Positions 38,802 through 50,611 of a DNA stretch of 64,000 bases are shown piece by piece (position 1 is the first letter of the stretch; each line of letters opens with the position of its first letter). This DNA is from Actinomycetota bacterium. Its GTDB lineage: Bacteria > Actinomycetota > Actinomycetes > S36-B12 > UBA5976. The stretch spans positions 1,054 through 65,053 of the forward strand of contig JBEEND010000003.1 of assembly GCA_041192345.1 (NCBI GenBank), read 5' to 3'. Below the pieces are notes generated by a model. The model worked only from the letters and a program-made list of their open reading frames with translations. It was not told where the DNA came from and did no database searches. A program made the position numbers and the translations under genes.

Positions 38802-39638
38802 TTAAACCTGTGGACTTACAACAATTGCAAGTGCGCCCGGTCCAACATGAGCTCCGACGACTGCGCCCACTGCGGAAACTGAAATATTGGCAAGGCCTGT
38901 TCTCGTCTGCAAAATACGGGCAAGTTCATCAGCAGCAGCGGCGGCATCTACATGGTGCACTGCTATCTCAGATTTGATGCGAGCTGCTGCGCAGACCAGA
39001 TCTACCATCCGATTTAGTGCCTTCTCGCGCGTTCGTACTAACTCCCGTTGCTCGACTTTGCCATTTAGCATGTGCAGTAACGGCTTTAGATTCATGGCAG
39101 ATCCCATTCGTGCCTGTACTGCGTTGATTCGCCCACCCCGCTCGAGAAACTCAAGAGAATCTACGTAAAACAAAATCGATGATCCCAAACATTTACGCTT
39201 AACTAAATCACCAACTTCATTAAGTGAGCCACCGGCACTCGCCAACTTCGCGCCAGCTTGGACTGCGAAGCCAAGCATCATCGCAATGCCACGAGAATCT
39301 ATAACCTCCACTGGACATGAAACGCTGCGACTTGCAAGCTTTGCGGATTCGAAAGTTCCGCTTAAATCACTAGATAGATGTGTGCTGACTATTGAATCAG
39401 CACCGCTTAAAATTAGTCGCTCATAAGCCGCAACAAAAAGTTCAGGATTAGGTCTTGAGGTGGTTACTGGCTTGTTAGCTCGCAAGGCAATCGCAACTTG
39501 CTCCACTGTGATGCCATCAACTTCGTTATATGCGATGCCATTACTTATTACCTGAAGCTCGACAACTTCGATGCCAAGTTCAGCAACTACGGATTTGGGC
39601 AAGTAGGCGGTTGAGTCGGTAACTATTCCAACAGGCAT
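38802..39638 (-). CDS. DegV family (fatty-acid-binding) protein
   Basis: 278 aa. The IVTDSTAYLP start, ..TTS.P.P and S..LSGT motifs are typical of DegV. Confidence 0.88.
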   Translation of the reverse strand: MPVGIVTDSTAYLPKSVVAELGIEVVELQVISNGIAYNEVDGITVEQVAIALRANKPVTTSRPNPELFVAAYERLILSGADSIVSTHLSSDLSGTFESAKLASRSVSCPVEVIDSRGIAMMLGFAVQAGAKLASAGGSLNEVGDLVKRKCLGSSILFYVDSLEFLERGGRINAVQARMGSAMNLKPLLHMLNGKVEQRELVRTREKALNRMVDLVCAAARIKSEIAVHHVDAAAAADELARILQTRTGLANISVSAVGAVVGAHVGPGALAIVVSPQV

Positions 39639-39644
39639 GGCCCT

Positions 39645-42122
39645 CTATCCCAGAACTATGTTGACCAGTTTTGGTGGTCGCACAACAATAACCTTGATTG
39701 TTTGACCTGCGATTGCAGCAATTACCGAAGCTTGACTCATGGCTAACTCGCGCATTTGGTCTTCAGTAATGCCGGGAGAGATTTCAAGACGCTCTTTGAT
39801 TTTGCCATTGACTTGAATAACGCACTGCACGGAATCTTCAACTAGCAGAGCTGGGTCAACAACTGGCCAAGGCGCAAGTGCCATAGGTGGTTTATGACCT
39901 AGCCGCTCCCACATTTCTTCCGAGGTGTAGGGGGCAACCAAAGAAAGCATGATTGCAACCGCTTGCGTAGCTTCTCGCACTGCCGGATCCGCTGGACCAC
40001 AACCAGCATCAATTGCTTTACGCGTCACATTAACAAGTTCCATAGTGCGCGCTACGGCAACATTAAATCGGTAGGTTTCAACCGCCAGTTGCGAGTCATT
40101 TATCGCTTTATGAGTTGCCTTACGTAGCGCCAAATCTCCAGTTGTTAAATCGATGTTGGGATCACTGGATACATCGCCGGCAAGGCGGTAGGCACGGGCA
40201 AGAAACTTTTTGGCACCACTTGGCGAAACGTCAGCCCAATCCACATCATCTTCAGGAGGTCCTGAGAAAACCATCGCTAAGCGAATTGCATCGACACCAT
40301 TTTCACTTAACTCATCACTTAGTTTTACTAAGTTCCCACGACTCTTACTCATCGCAGAGCCATCCATTTGAACCATGCCTTGGTTCAATAGGCGCTTGAA
40401 TGGTTCAACAAAGTCAACCATCCCCATGTCGAACATGACTTTGGTAAAAAAGCGACTGTAAAGCAAGTGCAAAATTGCGTGCGTAACGCCGCCAACGTAT
40501 TGATCAACTGGCAACCACTTCTTTGCTTCCGCTTGGTCAAACGGTGCTGAATCTAGTTTCGGATTTAAATAGCGCAGGTAGTACCAGGAAGAATCCACAA
40601 AGGTGTCCATGGTGTCGGCGTCTCGGCGAGCCGGACCCGCGCACTTTGGACATGGCACATTTGCCCACTCATCTGCAGCGCCAAGTGGTGAAGTACCTTT
40701 CGGTGAAAGATCCATCCCAGTGGCATCAGGCAATAGCACTGGAAGTTGCGCGATCGGTACTGGAACTTCCCCACACGATGGGCAGTGAATGATCGGAATT
40801 GGTGTGCCCCAAAAACGCTGCCGTGAAATTAACCAATCACGTAACCGATAGTTAGTTGCTGGCTTACCTAATTTCTTGGCTTGCAAATCAGAAATAATTT
40901 TTGTGATTGCTTCTGCTTTTCCTAAGCCATCAAGGTCACCGGAATTCACATGTGGTCCATCATCGGCAGTTGCTTCGCCAGTAACTGCAGGATCGGTGTC
41001 AGATGCCACAACAACTCGAACTGGTAAATCAAAGGTTTTCGCAAAATCTAAATCGCGTTGATCATGAGCTGGAACTGCCATGATCGCACCGGTTCCATAA
41101 TCCGCAAGCACGTAATCGCTAGCCCAAATTTGAAGGCGTTCGCCATTGACTGGATTGATCGCGTATCGATTTAAGAACACACCGGTTTTGGGACGATCTG
41201 AGGCTAGTCGATCCATGTCGCTGGTTGCCTTGACATCCTCTAAATACTTTTTGAAATTAGGTTCACTTTCAGTGCCAGCCGCGAGTTCTGCTGCCAAGGC
41301 GGAATCTACTGCGACAACAAAGAAAGTTGCACCGTACAAAGTGTCTGGTCTTGTTGTGTAAACCAAAACTGGTTCACTTCGACCTTCAATTTCAAAACTG
41401 ACTTCTGCGCCTTGCGAACGTCCAATCCAATTGCGCTGCATTAGCAAAACTTTTTCCGGCCACTGACCTTCAAGCTCTTTCATGTCATCAAGCAGGCGAT
41501 CAGCATAGTCAGTAATTTTGAAATACCACTGGTTAAGTTTCTTTTTCGTTACCGATGCATCACACCGTTCACAGGCGCCGCCAACAACTTGTTCGTTTGC
41601 TAGAACGGTTTGGCAAGATGGGCACCAGTTAACTGCAGAATCTTTTCGGTACGCTAAGCCACGTTCATACATTTGCAAGAAGAACCACTGGTTCCAGTGG
41701 TAATACTCCGGATCGCAAGTATTGAGGACACGATCCCAGTCAAATGAGCAGGCGTAACGTCGCATCGACGCTTTTTGAATAGCAATGTTCTCATAAGTCC
41801 AAATTTGTGGACTTTCATTTCGTTTTATTGCGGCATTTTCAGCCGGCAGACCAAACGCATCCCAACCAATCGGATGCATAACGTTGAATCCCTTATGGAC
41901 CCAATAGCGCGAGATAACATCACCCAACGCATATGCCTCAGCGTGACCCATATGCAAGTCGCCAGATGGATAAGGAAACATATCTAAAACATATTTTTTT
42001 GGGCGTGGATCATTAGTCAGGCCAGATTTAAATGGTGCTAACTCATCCCAAATGGGCAGCCATTTCTCTTGAACCGCGTGAACGTCATAGAAATTGGGAT
42101 CTGGAATAACCTGCTCACTCAT
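39645..42122 (-). CDS. leuS: Leucine--tRNA ligase
   Basis: ORF to 42269 trimmed to the ATG at 42122 ([21 protein letters not shown]). HMGH (HIGH-type) and KMSKS (AMSKSRGN) motifs and the CP1 editing domain are present. Confidence 0.95.
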   Translation of the reverse strand: MSEQVIPDPNFYDVHAVQEKWLPIWDELAPFKSGLTNDPRPKKYVLDMFPYPSGDLHMGHAEAYALGDVISRYWVHKGFNVMHPIGWDAFGLPAENAAIKRNESPQIWTYENIAIQKASMRRYACSFDWDRVLNTCDPEYYHWNQWFFLQMYERGLAYRKDSAVNWCPSCQTVLANEQVVGGACERCDASVTKKKLNQWYFKITDYADRLLDDMKELEGQWPEKVLLMQRNWIGRSQGAEVSFEIEGRSEPVLVYTTRPDTLYGATFFVVAVDSALAAELAAGTESEPNFKKYLEDVKATSDMDRLASDRPKTGVFLNRYAINPVNGERLQIWASDYVLADYGTGAIMAVPAHDQRDLDFAKTFDLPVRVVVASDTDPAVTGEATADDGPHVNSGDLDGLGKAEAITKIISDLQAKKLGKPATNYRLRDWLISRQRFWGTPIPIIHCPSCGEVPVPIAQLPVLLPDATGMDLSPKGTSPLGAADEWANVPCPKCAGPARRDADTMDTFVDSSWYYLRYLNPKLDSAPFDQAEAKKWLPVDQYVGGVTHAILHLLYSRFFTKVMFDMGMVDFVEPFKRLLNQGMVQMDGSAMSKSRGNLVKLSDELSENGVDAIRLAMVFSGPPEDDVDWADVSPSGAKKFLARAYRLAGDVSSDPNIDLTTGDLALRKATHKAINDSQLAVETYRFNVAVARTMELVNVTRKAIDAGCGPADPAVREATQAVAIMLSLVAPYTSEEMWERLGHKPPMALAPWPVVDPALLVEDSVQCVIQVNGKIKERLEISPGITEDQMRELAMSQASVIAAIAGQTIKVIVVRPPKLVNIVLG

Positions 42123-42150
42123 GATCCCTAAGAATACTGGGAAAACGTCT

Positions 42151-43080
42151 ATGTCTAGAATCGGGATTGTGTCTAAGCGCGGATGGTTGCTGTTTATAGC
42201 CCTGGGAATAATTTGGGGAACTCCGTATTTATTTATTCGTATTGCAGTTGCCGACTTATCCCCCGCCATTGTGGTTTTTGGCCGAGTAATGATTGCCGCC
42301 CTGTTGTTACTACCGATAGCAATTCATCAAGGACATGCTCGATCCCTGCGGACACACTGGAAGGGCATCCTGACATTTGCAGCAATTGAAATGTGCATTC
42401 CATTTGGGGCGCTGGGTTTTGCCGAGAAAGAGATCTCAAGTTCGCTAACTGGGTTGCTAATTGCGATGGTGCCCTTGATTAATGCTGTGGTTTCGCGGCA
42501 ACTTGGTCTGGACTCAGTATGGGATGCGCGCAGAATTATTGGACTCTTTGTCGGATTCTTTGGCGTTGGAATGTTGGTTGGTTTTGACATCAGCGCCAGT
42601 AACTACTGGGCAATCGCACTTTGCCTTGTTGCGGCAGCTGGCTACGCACTCGGGCCAATCATCATTACCAAGATGCTGAGTGATGTTGCCAGTATTGGTG
42701 TAATTGCCTGGTCGCTGCTGGTTGCAGGCATAGTTTATTTCCCTGTCGTTGCTTACGAAGTTTTAAACGATTCTTGGCGGGCTCAAGGAGTTACTGAAGT
42801 ATCTACTGGCGCAATCACTAGCGTCATTGCACTTGGTGTTCTATGTTCTGCAATTGCATTCGTTGCGCTCTTTGAACTTATTAAAGAAGTTGGTCCAACA
42901 AGAACTACAGTTATAACTTATATCAACCCAGCTGTTGCAATTATTCTTGGCGTAATTGTTTTGAGCGAGCCAATTACTACTGGAATAATGATTGGCTTCC
43001 CATTAGTTCTGATCGGTTCAGTTATGGCGACGCGACGAAATGCCATAACTAAAGAAGTCATGGCAAGTACGGAAAGATAA
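42151..43080 (+). CDS. EamA/DMT-family transporter
   Basis: ORF from 42094 trimmed to the ATG at 42151 ([28 protein letters not shown]). About 10 TM segments. Divergent from leuS with a 28-nt spacer. Confidence 0.8.
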   Translation: MSRIGIVSKRGWLLFIALGIIWGTPYLFIRIAVADLSPAIVVFGRVMIAALLLLPIAIHQGHARSLRTHWKGILTFAAIEMCIPFGALGFAEKEISSSLTGLLIAMVPLINAVVSRQLGLDSVWDARRIIGLFVGFFGVGMLVGFDISASNYWAIALCLVAAAGYALGPIIITKMLSDVASIGVIAWSLLVAGIVYFPVVAYEVLNDSWRAQGVTEVSTGAITSVIALGVLCSAIAFVALFELIKEVGPTRTTVITYINPAVAIILGVIVLSEPITTGIMIGFPLVLIGSVMATRRNAITKEVMASTER

Positions 43081-43097
43081 CGCACAACCAATTTTTA

Positions 43098-44165
43098 TCA
43101 ACGTGACGTAAAGCCTCTTGCATATTGATTTGGCCACGGAATTTCATCGCCAAGATCTGCTGCCGCTTGAATCGGCCAACGTGGATTACCTAACATTGCC
43201 CGACCAATCATTACCGCAGCAATGTCGTCACTATACAAAATAGCTTCTGCCTGTTCACCAGTGGTGATCATACCAACAGCATTGGTGAGAATTCCTGTCT
43301 CTTCGTGAATTTTGCGAGCGAACTCAACTTGATAACCTGGGCCAACCTCGATTTGCTGCGCCGTAGAAATACCACCAGAAGAACAATCAATTAAGTCAAC
43401 ACCACGAGCTTGAAGTTCCCGGGCCAGAGCAACTGAATCATCGATGGACCAACCACCTGCAATCCAGTCTGTGGCAGAAATACGAACAAACAATGCCCGC
43501 GATCTTGGAACCACTAACCGAACTTCACTAGCAATTTCACACAGCAGCTTTATCCTGTTTTCAAAGGAACCGCCATACTCATCAGTGCGCTGATTTGAGA
43601 TTGGTGAGAAAAACTCGTGCAACAAATACCCATGCGCAGCATGAATTTCAACCACATCAAAATCTGCTGACATTGCTCGCTCCGCAGCCGCTACAAAATC
43701 TGCGCGAATCAGTGCAATCTCAGAAAGTGTCAATTCCAATGGAGCGAGATAACCTTCAAATGCAATAGGTGAAGGGGCCACACTTTGCCAGCCACCAGCT
43801 TCGAGCGTGAGGATACCGCGCCCACTCCATGGCGTATCAGTAGAGGCTTTACGACCAGCGTGCGCAATCTGGATACCTGCCTTAGTTCCAAATCGATGCG
43901 CAAAGCGAGGAATTTCCGCAAGCACTTGGGCTTGTTGATCTGTCCAAATTCCAGCGTCGTAATGTGTGATGCGACCGTCTGGATGAACTGCTGCTGCTTC
44001 CACCATCACTAAGCCCGCGCCACCTGTGATGAAGGCGCCATAATGCACAGCGTGCCAGTCTTGAATCAATCCATTTACTGCGGAGTATTGGCACATGGGA
44101 CTTACCCAAACACGATTCTTAAAGGTAACTCCGCCAACTTGAACTTGCGAAAATAATTTGCTCAT
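43098..44165 (-). CDS. NADH:flavin oxidoreductase, Old Yellow Enzyme family (NamA/YqjM-like)
   Basis: 355 aa. NR...SPMCQY, H.AHGYLLHEFFSP..N.R.DEYGGS.ENR and GR....NP.W motifs. Confidence 0.88.
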   Translation of the reverse strand: MSKLFSQVQVGGVTFKNRVWVSPMCQYSAVNGLIQDWHAVHYGAFITGGAGLVMVEAAAVHPDGRITHYDAGIWTDQQAQVLAEIPRFAHRFGTKAGIQIAHAGRKASTDTPWSGRGILTLEAGGWQSVAPSPIAFEGYLAPLELTLSEIALIRADFVAAAERAMSADFDVVEIHAAHGYLLHEFFSPISNQRTDEYGGSFENRIKLLCEIASEVRLVVPRSRALFVRISATDWIAGGWSIDDSVALARELQARGVDLIDCSSGGISTAQQIEVGPGYQVEFARKIHEETGILTNAVGMITTGEQAEAILYSDDIAAVMIGRAMLGNPRWPIQAAADLGDEIPWPNQYARGFTSR

Positions 44166-45164
44166 TTAGTCGCCAATGGTTGCAACCATGATCGCCTTAA
44201 TAGTGTGCAATCTATTTTCGGCTTGATCAAAAACCACGCTTGCTGGCGATTCAAAAACGTCATGGGTAACTTCCAGGCCGTCGCGCATACCAGTCTTATT
44301 TGCAATTTCTCGGCCCACAGTGGTCTGTTCATTGTGGAATCCCGGAAGGCAATGCATAAATTTAGAATTTGGGTTTCCAGTTTTTGCCAGACTAACTTCA
44401 TTCACTTGATATTCACCAAGCAGGGCAACCCGTTCTTTCCATACTTCTTCAGATTCGCCCATAGAAACCCAGACATCGGTATGGATGAAGTCTGCTCCGG
44501 GAAGTGCCTCGTCCATATCTTCCGTTAGCAAAATTGAACCGCCGCTTTTTGCTAAATAATTTTGCGCAAATTCTTGCACTTCTTTAGATGGCCAGAGTTG
44601 CTTTGGTGAGGCGATGCGAATGTCAGCGCCCAATAATGCAGAAGTAACAATTAGTGAATTACCCATGTTTGATCGTGCATCGCCAACATAAGCAAATGAA
44701 ATATCCTTTGGTCGTTTGCCTGAGTGCTCAATCATGGTTTGAAAATCTGCCAACATTTGAGTCGGATGCCACTCAGCAGTTAGGCCGTTATAAACCGGCA
44801 CGCCAGAGTACTGCGCAAGTTCTTCAACCATCGCCTGCGTTTTGCCACGGTATTGAATTGCGTCGTAGTAGCGCGAAAGTACTCGGGCAGTATCAGCAAC
44901 TGATTCTTTGTGCCCAACTTGCGAAGAAAGTCCGTCTAAATAAGTTGTGTGAGCACCCTGATCAAATGCGGCAACCTCAAATGCGCAACGAGTTCGCGTG
45001 GATGGCTTTTCAAATATCAAGGCAATGTTTCGCCCAACCATGCGCTGTACTTCGCGGCGTTGTTTTTTCTCGGCCTTTAGTTCGATTGCAAGGTCAATTA
45101 GGTACAGGAACTCGTCACTTGTGAAGTCGATTTCTTTTAAGAAATCTCGGTTCTTAAGATCCAT
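44166..45164 (-). CDS. argF: Ornithine carbamoyltransferase
   Basis: 332 aa. STRTR, HPTQ, D.WVSMG and HCLP motifs. The stop directly abuts the OYE start. Whether it is anabolic or catabolic cannot be decided from sequence. Confidence 0.88.
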   Translation of the reverse strand: MDLKNRDFLKEIDFTSDEFLYLIDLAIELKAEKKQRREVQRMVGRNIALIFEKPSTRTRCAFEVAAFDQGAHTTYLDGLSSQVGHKESVADTARVLSRYYDAIQYRGKTQAMVEELAQYSGVPVYNGLTAEWHPTQMLADFQTMIEHSGKRPKDISFAYVGDARSNMGNSLIVTSALLGADIRIASPKQLWPSKEVQEFAQNYLAKSGGSILLTEDMDEALPGADFIHTDVWVSMGESEEVWKERVALLGEYQVNEVSLAKTGNPNSKFMHCLPGFHNEQTTVGREIANKTGMRDGLEVTHDVFESPASVVFDQAENRLHTIKAIMVATIGD

Positions 45165-45185
45165 GGTTACTCCGGGGAAGGCTAG

Positions 45186-45225
45186 AGAAAAAGAAAGGCT
45201 AGGGAACCCTTAAGTCTCCTAGCCT
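45186..45225 (-). terminator. Probable rho-independent terminator after the aldehyde dehydrogenase gene
   Basis: On the minus strand, stem AGGCTAGG/CCTAGCCT (8 bp, 14-nt loop) is followed by TTTCTTTTTCT. The loop is large, so strength is uncertain. Confidence 0.55.
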
Positions 45226-45237
45226 ACCTGTTTGAAA

Positions 45238-46668
45238 TTAGCGTCCAGTCAAGCTCATGATGTGCTTAACGCGGGTGTAGCCCTCAATTGCTTCAGTAGA
45301 CAAGTCGTTTCCGTGGCCAGAGTGCTTGAATCCACCGTTTGGCATTTCAGCAGCCTGCACCAAGTGACAGTTAACCCAGACCTGACCAAAGTCAAGATCT
45401 TGTGAAGTGCGGATGACTCGACCATGGTTTTCCGACCAGATTGACGCCGCCAAGCCAAAGTCAACATCATTAGCCATTTCAATAGCTTGAGCTTCATCCT
45501 TGAATGTCTGGATTGTTTGCACGGATGCAAATACTTCAGTCTGGATCATTTCATCATCTTGCTTTAAGCCTGCGACCAATGTTGGCTCAAAGTAATAGCC
45601 ACCATTTAGGCGTTGTGCCTTTCCACCTGTAAGAATTTCGGCATGCTTTGGAAGGCGATCAATGAAACCCTGAACACGATCGAGTTGATTCTGACTATTT
45701 AATGAACCATAGAAGTGATCATTATTCTCTGGAGCACCGAACTTAAACTCAGCAACTTTCTTGGCGAGAGCGGCAGTAAATTCCTTGGCAATACCTTCTT
45801 GCACAATTACGCGAGTTCCAGCGGCGCAGTCTTGCCCTGCGTTGTACAGGTTCGCTTCGGCAACGCCTTGAACGGTCTTTTCCAAATCACAATCGTCATA
45901 AACGATTACTGGCGCTTTGCCACCTAATTCAAGGTGGACGCGCTTTAGATCAGGTGCTGCGCTCGCCGCGATTTCCATACCAGCGCGAACTGAACCTGTA
46001 ATTGAAACTAGATCTGGACGCTTGTGCGAAACCATGGCGCGACCGGTATCGCGGTCACCATAAATAATGTTTGCAACACCTGCTGGCAAATGCTCAGCAA
46101 AAATTTCGGCCATGATGCTCGCAGTGTGTGGCGTGGTATCCGAAGGCTTAAGCACGATGGTGTTACCCATGGCAAGTGCTGGCGCGAACTTCCATACCGC
46201 CATGAGTAGTGGATAGTTCCATGGCGCAACTTGCGCACAAACACCAACTGGTTCGCGGCGAACTGTTGAGTCGTATCCAGTTAAGTATTCGCCGGTTGAC
46301 CAACCTGGCAAGTTACGAGCGAGTGTGGCATGGAAGCGGGTGTGGTCTACACACTGTGGGAATTCTGCATCGCGCATCCACCAAAGTGGTTTACCAGTGT
46401 TTTGAATTTCTGCTGCAATGATTTCATCAGCGCGAGCCTCCATTGATTCAGCAATGCGAAACAGAGCTAGCGAGCGATCTGCTGGCGCGGTGCGCTTCCA
46501 GCCAACAAAAGCATTGCTGGCAGCTTTGAACGCGGCATCAACATCGGCGGCGCGCGAAAGTGGCGCAGTTCCGTAAACCTGTCCGATAGCTGGATTTTCA
46601 AATGACATAGTTTCGTTGCTGGCGTGATCAACAAACTTGCCGTTAATGAAGTTCTTTAGCGTTGTCAT
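45238..46668 (-). CDS. NAD-dependent aldehyde dehydrogenase (aminobutyraldehyde/betaine-aldehyde dehydrogenase-like)
   Basis: 476 aa. ELGGKAP (catalytic Glu), NAGQDCAAGTR (catalytic Cys), N-terminal FINGKF. Confidence 0.9.
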   Translation of the reverse strand: MTTLKNFINGKFVDHASNETMSFENPAIGQVYGTAPLSRAADVDAAFKAASNAFVGWKRTAPADRSLALFRIAESMEARADEIIAAEIQNTGKPLWWMRDAEFPQCVDHTRFHATLARNLPGWSTGEYLTGYDSTVRREPVGVCAQVAPWNYPLLMAVWKFAPALAMGNTIVLKPSDTTPHTASIMAEIFAEHLPAGVANIIYGDRDTGRAMVSHKRPDLVSITGSVRAGMEIAASAAPDLKRVHLELGGKAPVIVYDDCDLEKTVQGVAEANLYNAGQDCAAGTRVIVQEGIAKEFTAALAKKVAEFKFGAPENNDHFYGSLNSQNQLDRVQGFIDRLPKHAEILTGGKAQRLNGGYYFEPTLVAGLKQDDEMIQTEVFASVQTIQTFKDEAQAIEMANDVDFGLAASIWSENHGRVIRTSQDLDFGQVWVNCHLVQAAEMPNGGFKHSGHGNDLSTEAIEGYTRVKHIMSLTGR

Positions 46669-46686
46669 TTCTTTCCTTTACTCTCG

Positions 46687-46707
46687 GCAACTAGTGAAAC
46701 TAGTTGC
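46687..46707 (-). other. Perfect 9-bp stem / 3-nt loop hairpin between the hutG stop and the aldehyde dehydrogenase RBS. No U-tract.
   Basis: GCAACTAGT-GAA-ACTAGTTGC, read directly from the sequence. Confidence 0.5.
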
Positions 46708-46709
46708 AA

Positions 46710-47618
46710 CTACTTCGAGCGACTGGCCACGCCAGCTGCGGCTTCCAAAACACATAATGCGCCAAGACGAATCGTTCGCTCATCCGTTGAATCAATCGTG
46801 GCGTCAATTTCAGTAATGTCCATGCTAGTCACCCTTGCGTGAGATGTCGCCAAGAATGTCAGTTCTCGGACATCGTCAGCAGAAAGACCGCCTGGGGTTG
46901 CCGCCGGACAAGCTGGGGTGACCGCTCGGTCGCAAACATCCACATCTAAGTCATAGTGAATATCCCCACCACTGGCCCCAGCAATTTCAAGGGCTTGGGC
47001 CATGATGTCGGCAAGTGATCGGCTTCGCATTTGCGCGCGGGTTATGACAGTTATGCCGTATTCCTTAACGCGCCTTGCATACTCAGGTGAATTGGCATAA
47101 TCGCTGATTCCAATCTGCACGATATGAGTGCCCTGTAACCCTGCGGCAATTAAGCGTCGTACTGGCGAACCGTTGCTTATGCCTTCACGAATGTCATGAT
47201 GTGCATCGATTGTGATTAGTCCAGATCTGCCGATTTCATCTGCCCACAAACCCTTGCCAACTGAGTAGGTAATTGCATTGTCGCCACCAAGGGCAACTAA
47301 CAAGTTTTGCTTGCCGCGCAGTTCAGCCATTTTGGCAAATACTCTGGCTTCGCCTTCTTCCCAATCTGGATCAGGAATGTTCCCGGCATCACGTACTGAG
47401 ACAGATGCAATATCTATATCGTGCGCCCAGGAATATGTTGAATACTTATTAAGCGCCTGACGAATCGCATCTGGTGTTTTGTCTGCTCCAGTTGGCGTAA
47501 GTGATGTTAAGTGCGCGCCAATTCCCACAACAGTGATGTCAGTTTTTTCAGCCGTAGAACCAGCTTCAAGCCAGTGTCCGGCGCGGGGCCAAAATTGGTC
47601 CACGGGAAGGTTTGTCAT
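46710..47618 (-). CDS. hutG: Arginase-family ureohydrolase, most likely formimidoylglutamase
   Basis: 302 aa. Arginase-fold metal motifs (GGDNAITYS, IDAHHDIR, DLDVDVCD). Divergently adjacent to hutU-hutI-hutH. The substrate call is by context only. Confidence 0.7.
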   Translation of the reverse strand: MTNLPVDQFWPRAGHWLEAGSTAEKTDITVVGIGAHLTSLTPTGADKTPDAIRQALNKYSTYSWAHDIDIASVSVRDAGNIPDPDWEEGEARVFAKMAELRGKQNLLVALGGDNAITYSVGKGLWADEIGRSGLITIDAHHDIREGISNGSPVRRLIAAGLQGTHIVQIGISDYANSPEYARRVKEYGITVITRAQMRSRSLADIMAQALEIAGASGGDIHYDLDVDVCDRAVTPACPAATPGGLSADDVRELTFLATSHARVTSMDITEIDATIDSTDERTIRLGALCVLEAAAGVASRSK

Positions 47619-47720
47619 TAATACCCTTTCAACAACTCAACCCTAACCATTGGGATTCTCAAGTATCTGCCCAAGTCCCTGCAGTAACCTCGGTTAGTAG
47701 TAAATAGCCAAAGGAAACAC

Positions 47721-49415
47721 ATGACTTCAGGACCGCGCCCAGTTCGAGCCGCCCGTGGCACTACTTTGACGACTAAGGGTTGGGGGCAAGAAGCCGCCCT
47801 TCGCATGCTGCAAAACAACCTTGATCCGGAAGTTGCGGAATACCCAGATGAATTAATTGTCTATGGCGGCACCGGTAAAGCAGCGCGTAACTGGGAATCC
47901 TTCGATGCAATTGTGCGCACCTTGACGAACTTAGAAAACGACGAAACCATGTTGGTGCAGTCCGGCAAGCCAGTGGGCGTCTTTCAAACTCACGAATGGG
48001 CGCCGCGAGTAATTCTTGCAAATTCCAATTTAGTTGGCGACTGGGCAACTTGGCCAGAGTTTCGTCGCTTGGAGCACATGGGATTGACCATGTATGGCCA
48101 GATGACTGCGGGCTCATGGATCTACATCGGCACCCAGGGAATCTTGCAGGGTACATATGAAACATTCGCCGCAGTTGCTGCAAAGAAATTTGGTGGCACG
48201 CTTGCCGGCACGCTAACTATTACCGGTGGTTGTGGTGGCATGGGTGGGGCGCAGCCGTTAGCCGTAACCATGAATGACGGCGTTTGTTTGATTATCGACA
48301 TTGACCCAACTCGCTTGCAGCGTCGGGTTGAAACTCGTTATCTTGATGAAATTGCAAATGATCTTGATGATGCAGTTCGCCGATGCATGGATGCAAAAAC
48401 AGCTCGTAGGCCGTTATCCGTTGGTCTAGTTGGAAACGCTGCCGAAGTGCTTCCAAAACTTCTTGCTATGGATGTCGAGGCAGACATCGTCACAGATCAA
48501 ACATCGTCACACGATCCGCTTTACTACATTCCAGCTGGCATGGATTTTGCTGAAGCTCGGGAGTATGCAGATAACAAGCCTGATGACTTCACCAAACTTG
48601 CCCAAGAGTCAATGGCGAGGCACGTTGAAGCCATGGTCGGGTTCATGGATAAGGGCGCTGAGGTATTTGATTACGGCAACAGTATTCGCGATGAAGCGCG
48701 GAAAGGTGGCTATGACCGCGCCTTTGAATTCCCAGGATTTATTCCCGCCTACATTCGGCCGTTGTTCTGTGAAGGTAAAGGGCCATTTCGCTGGGCAGCA
48801 CTCTCGGGAGATCCAAAAGACATTGCGCGAACGGACAAAGCTGTTCTTGATTTATTTCCAGACAATGAACATTTACATCGCTGGATAAATATGGCGCAGG
48901 AGCGCGTCGCCTTCCAAGGCCTGCCAGCTCGAATCTGCTGGCTTGGTTACGGCGAGCGTGACAAAGCTGGACTGGCCTTCAACGATTTAGTTGCCAGTGG
49001 CGAAGTTAGCGCGCCAATCGTTATTGGTCGCGATCACTTGGACTGCGGATCGGTGGCCTCGCCGTATCGCGAATCTGAAGCCATGCTTGATGGCTCTGAT
49101 GCAATCGCTGACTGGCCATTACTTAACGCCATGATCAACATCTCCTCCGGCGCATCATGGGTATCGATACATCACGGTGGCGGTGTTGGAATTGGACGTT
49201 CCATTCACGCTGGACAAGTTTCGGTTGCTGATGGCACCCCACTTGCCGCCCAAAAACTTGCGCGAGTTTTGACGAATGATCCAGGTATGGGCGTGATTCG
49301 TCACGTGGATGCAGGTTACGACCGAGCAATTGAAGTTGCTGCTGAAAGAAATGTTCACATCCCAATGCAGCCGCATACCCATAACTCAACTAGTGACAAT
49401 GGTGATCTGCTCTAA
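47721..49415 (+). CDS. hutU: Urocanate hydratase
   Basis: 564 aa. [61 protein letters not shown]. Confidence 0.95.
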   Translation: MTSGPRPVRAARGTTLTTKGWGQEAALRMLQNNLDPEVAEYPDELIVYGGTGKAARNWESFDAIVRTLTNLENDETMLVQSGKPVGVFQTHEWAPRVILANSNLVGDWATWPEFRRLEHMGLTMYGQMTAGSWIYIGTQGILQGTYETFAAVAAKKFGGTLAGTLTITGGCGGMGGAQPLAVTMNDGVCLIIDIDPTRLQRRVETRYLDEIANDLDDAVRRCMDAKTARRPLSVGLVGNAAEVLPKLLAMDVEADIVTDQTSSHDPLYYIPAGMDFAEAREYADNKPDDFTKLAQESMARHVEAMVGFMDKGAEVFDYGNSIRDEARKGGYDRAFEFPGFIPAYIRPLFCEGKGPFRWAALSGDPKDIARTDKAVLDLFPDNEHLHRWINMAQERVAFQGLPARICWLGYGERDKAGLAFNDLVASGEVSAPIVIGRDHLDCGSVASPYRESEAMLDGSDAIADWPLLNAMINISSGASWVSIHHGGGVGIGRSIHAGQVSVADGTPLAAQKLARVLTNDPGMGVIRHVDAGYDRAIEVAAERNVHIPMQPHTHNSTSDNGDLL

Positions 49416-49417
49416 CC

Positions 49418-50611
49418 ATGAGTAATTCATTTACGTTGACCAACATCAGCCAACTAGTTACCAATAATTCTGCAATCGGAGATGGCGATCTCGGCGTAAT
49501 TACAAACGCGGCGATAACTGTTACTGATGGCATTGTTAGCTGGGTGGGTCAGGCCAGCGACGCGGATTCCAGTGTTCCTAAAAAGGATGTCGGTGGCCGC
49601 GCTCTGATCCCTGGCTTTGTTGATAGTCATTCACACTTAATGTTTGCTGGTGATCGTTCGCAAGAATTTGCAGCAAGAATGGCAGGTGTTCCTTACTCCG
49701 CAGGTGGCATCAAGGTAACTACTGAGGCAACCCGCAAGGCAAGTGACGATCAACTTCGTAATGTTGCGAAAAGTTTGATTCAGGAAATGCACGAGTCCGG
49801 TACAACAACAATTGAAATCAAATCGGGTTACGGTCTTGATGTTGCAACTGAAGAACGAAGTGTTCGAATCGCCTCCGACTTAACTGATGAAGTTACTTTT
49901 CTTGGTGCCCACGTTGTTGCTCCGGAATTAAGTTCTGATGCCGATGCTTATGTCGACCTCGTCACGGGCGAAATGCTTAACGCCTGCGCGCCGCACTCAA
50001 ACTGGATCGATGTTTTTTGTGACCGTGGTGCGTTCACTACTGCGCAATCTCGACGGATTTTGGAAGCAGGCATAGCGAAGCAACTAAAGCCAAGGATTCA
50101 CCTAAATCAATTGGAGCAAGGTGACGGCATCGCTCTGGCAATCGAATTGGATTGCGCGAGCGCAGATCACTTAACTTATCTAACTGACGAGGACATAAAT
50201 GCCTTGGCTGCAAGCGATACCGTGGCTGGGTTAGTGCCGGGGGCTGACTTCAGCACTCGCGCGCCGCAATACCCACGCGGGCGGGATCTATTAGATGCCG
50301 GCGCAGTCGTAGCGCTCTCCCCTGATTGCAATCCCGGAAGTTCATTCACCACGAACATGCCATTGATGATTGCATTGGCAGTTCGCGAGATGCACCTGAC
50401 GGTCGACGAAGCATTGTTTGCCGCAACCATGGGAGGCGCGATTTCGCTTCGTCGCGATGATGTAGGTCACCTATCAATCGGCGCCAAAGCCGACTTTGCA
50501 TTACTTAATGCCCCTAGCTACATTCATTTGGCTTACCGACCTGGTGTGCCGCTAATTAGCACCACTTGGAAAGATGGAAATGTCATTTTCACAAAAGGAG
50601 ATCTCGTATGA
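49418..50611 (+). CDS. hutI: Imidazolonepropionase
   Basis: 397 aa. PGFVDSHSHL.FAG.R, EIKSGYGL and DCNPGSS motifs. Confidence 0.93.
   Translation: MSNSFTLTNISQLVTNNSAIGDGDLGVITNAAITVTDGIVSWVGQASDADSSVPKKDVGGRALIPGFVDSHSHLMFAGDRSQEFAARMAGVPYSAGGIKVTTEATRKASDDQLRNVAKSLIQEMHESGTTTIEIKSGYGLDVATEERSVRIASDLTDEVTFLGAHVVAPELSSDADAYVDLVTGEMLNACAPHSNWIDVFCDRGAFTTAQSRRILEAGIAKQLKPRIHLNQLEQGDGIALAIELDCASADHLTYLTDEDINALAASDTVAGLVPGADFSTRAPQYPRGRDLLDAGAVVALSPDCNPGSSFTTNMPLMIALAVREMHLTVDEALFAATMGGAISLRRDDVGHLSIGAKADFALLNAPSYIHLAYRPGVPLISTTWKDGNVIFTKGDLV

Noticed and set aside
47619-47720. HutC-type operator in the hutG / hutU divergent spacer
   Set aside because: Only a short TAACC-TC-GGTTA inverted repeat and a repeated CTAACC/GTAACC hexamer are present. 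No hutC or GntR regulator gene is nearby, and the motif is too short to distinguish from chance.
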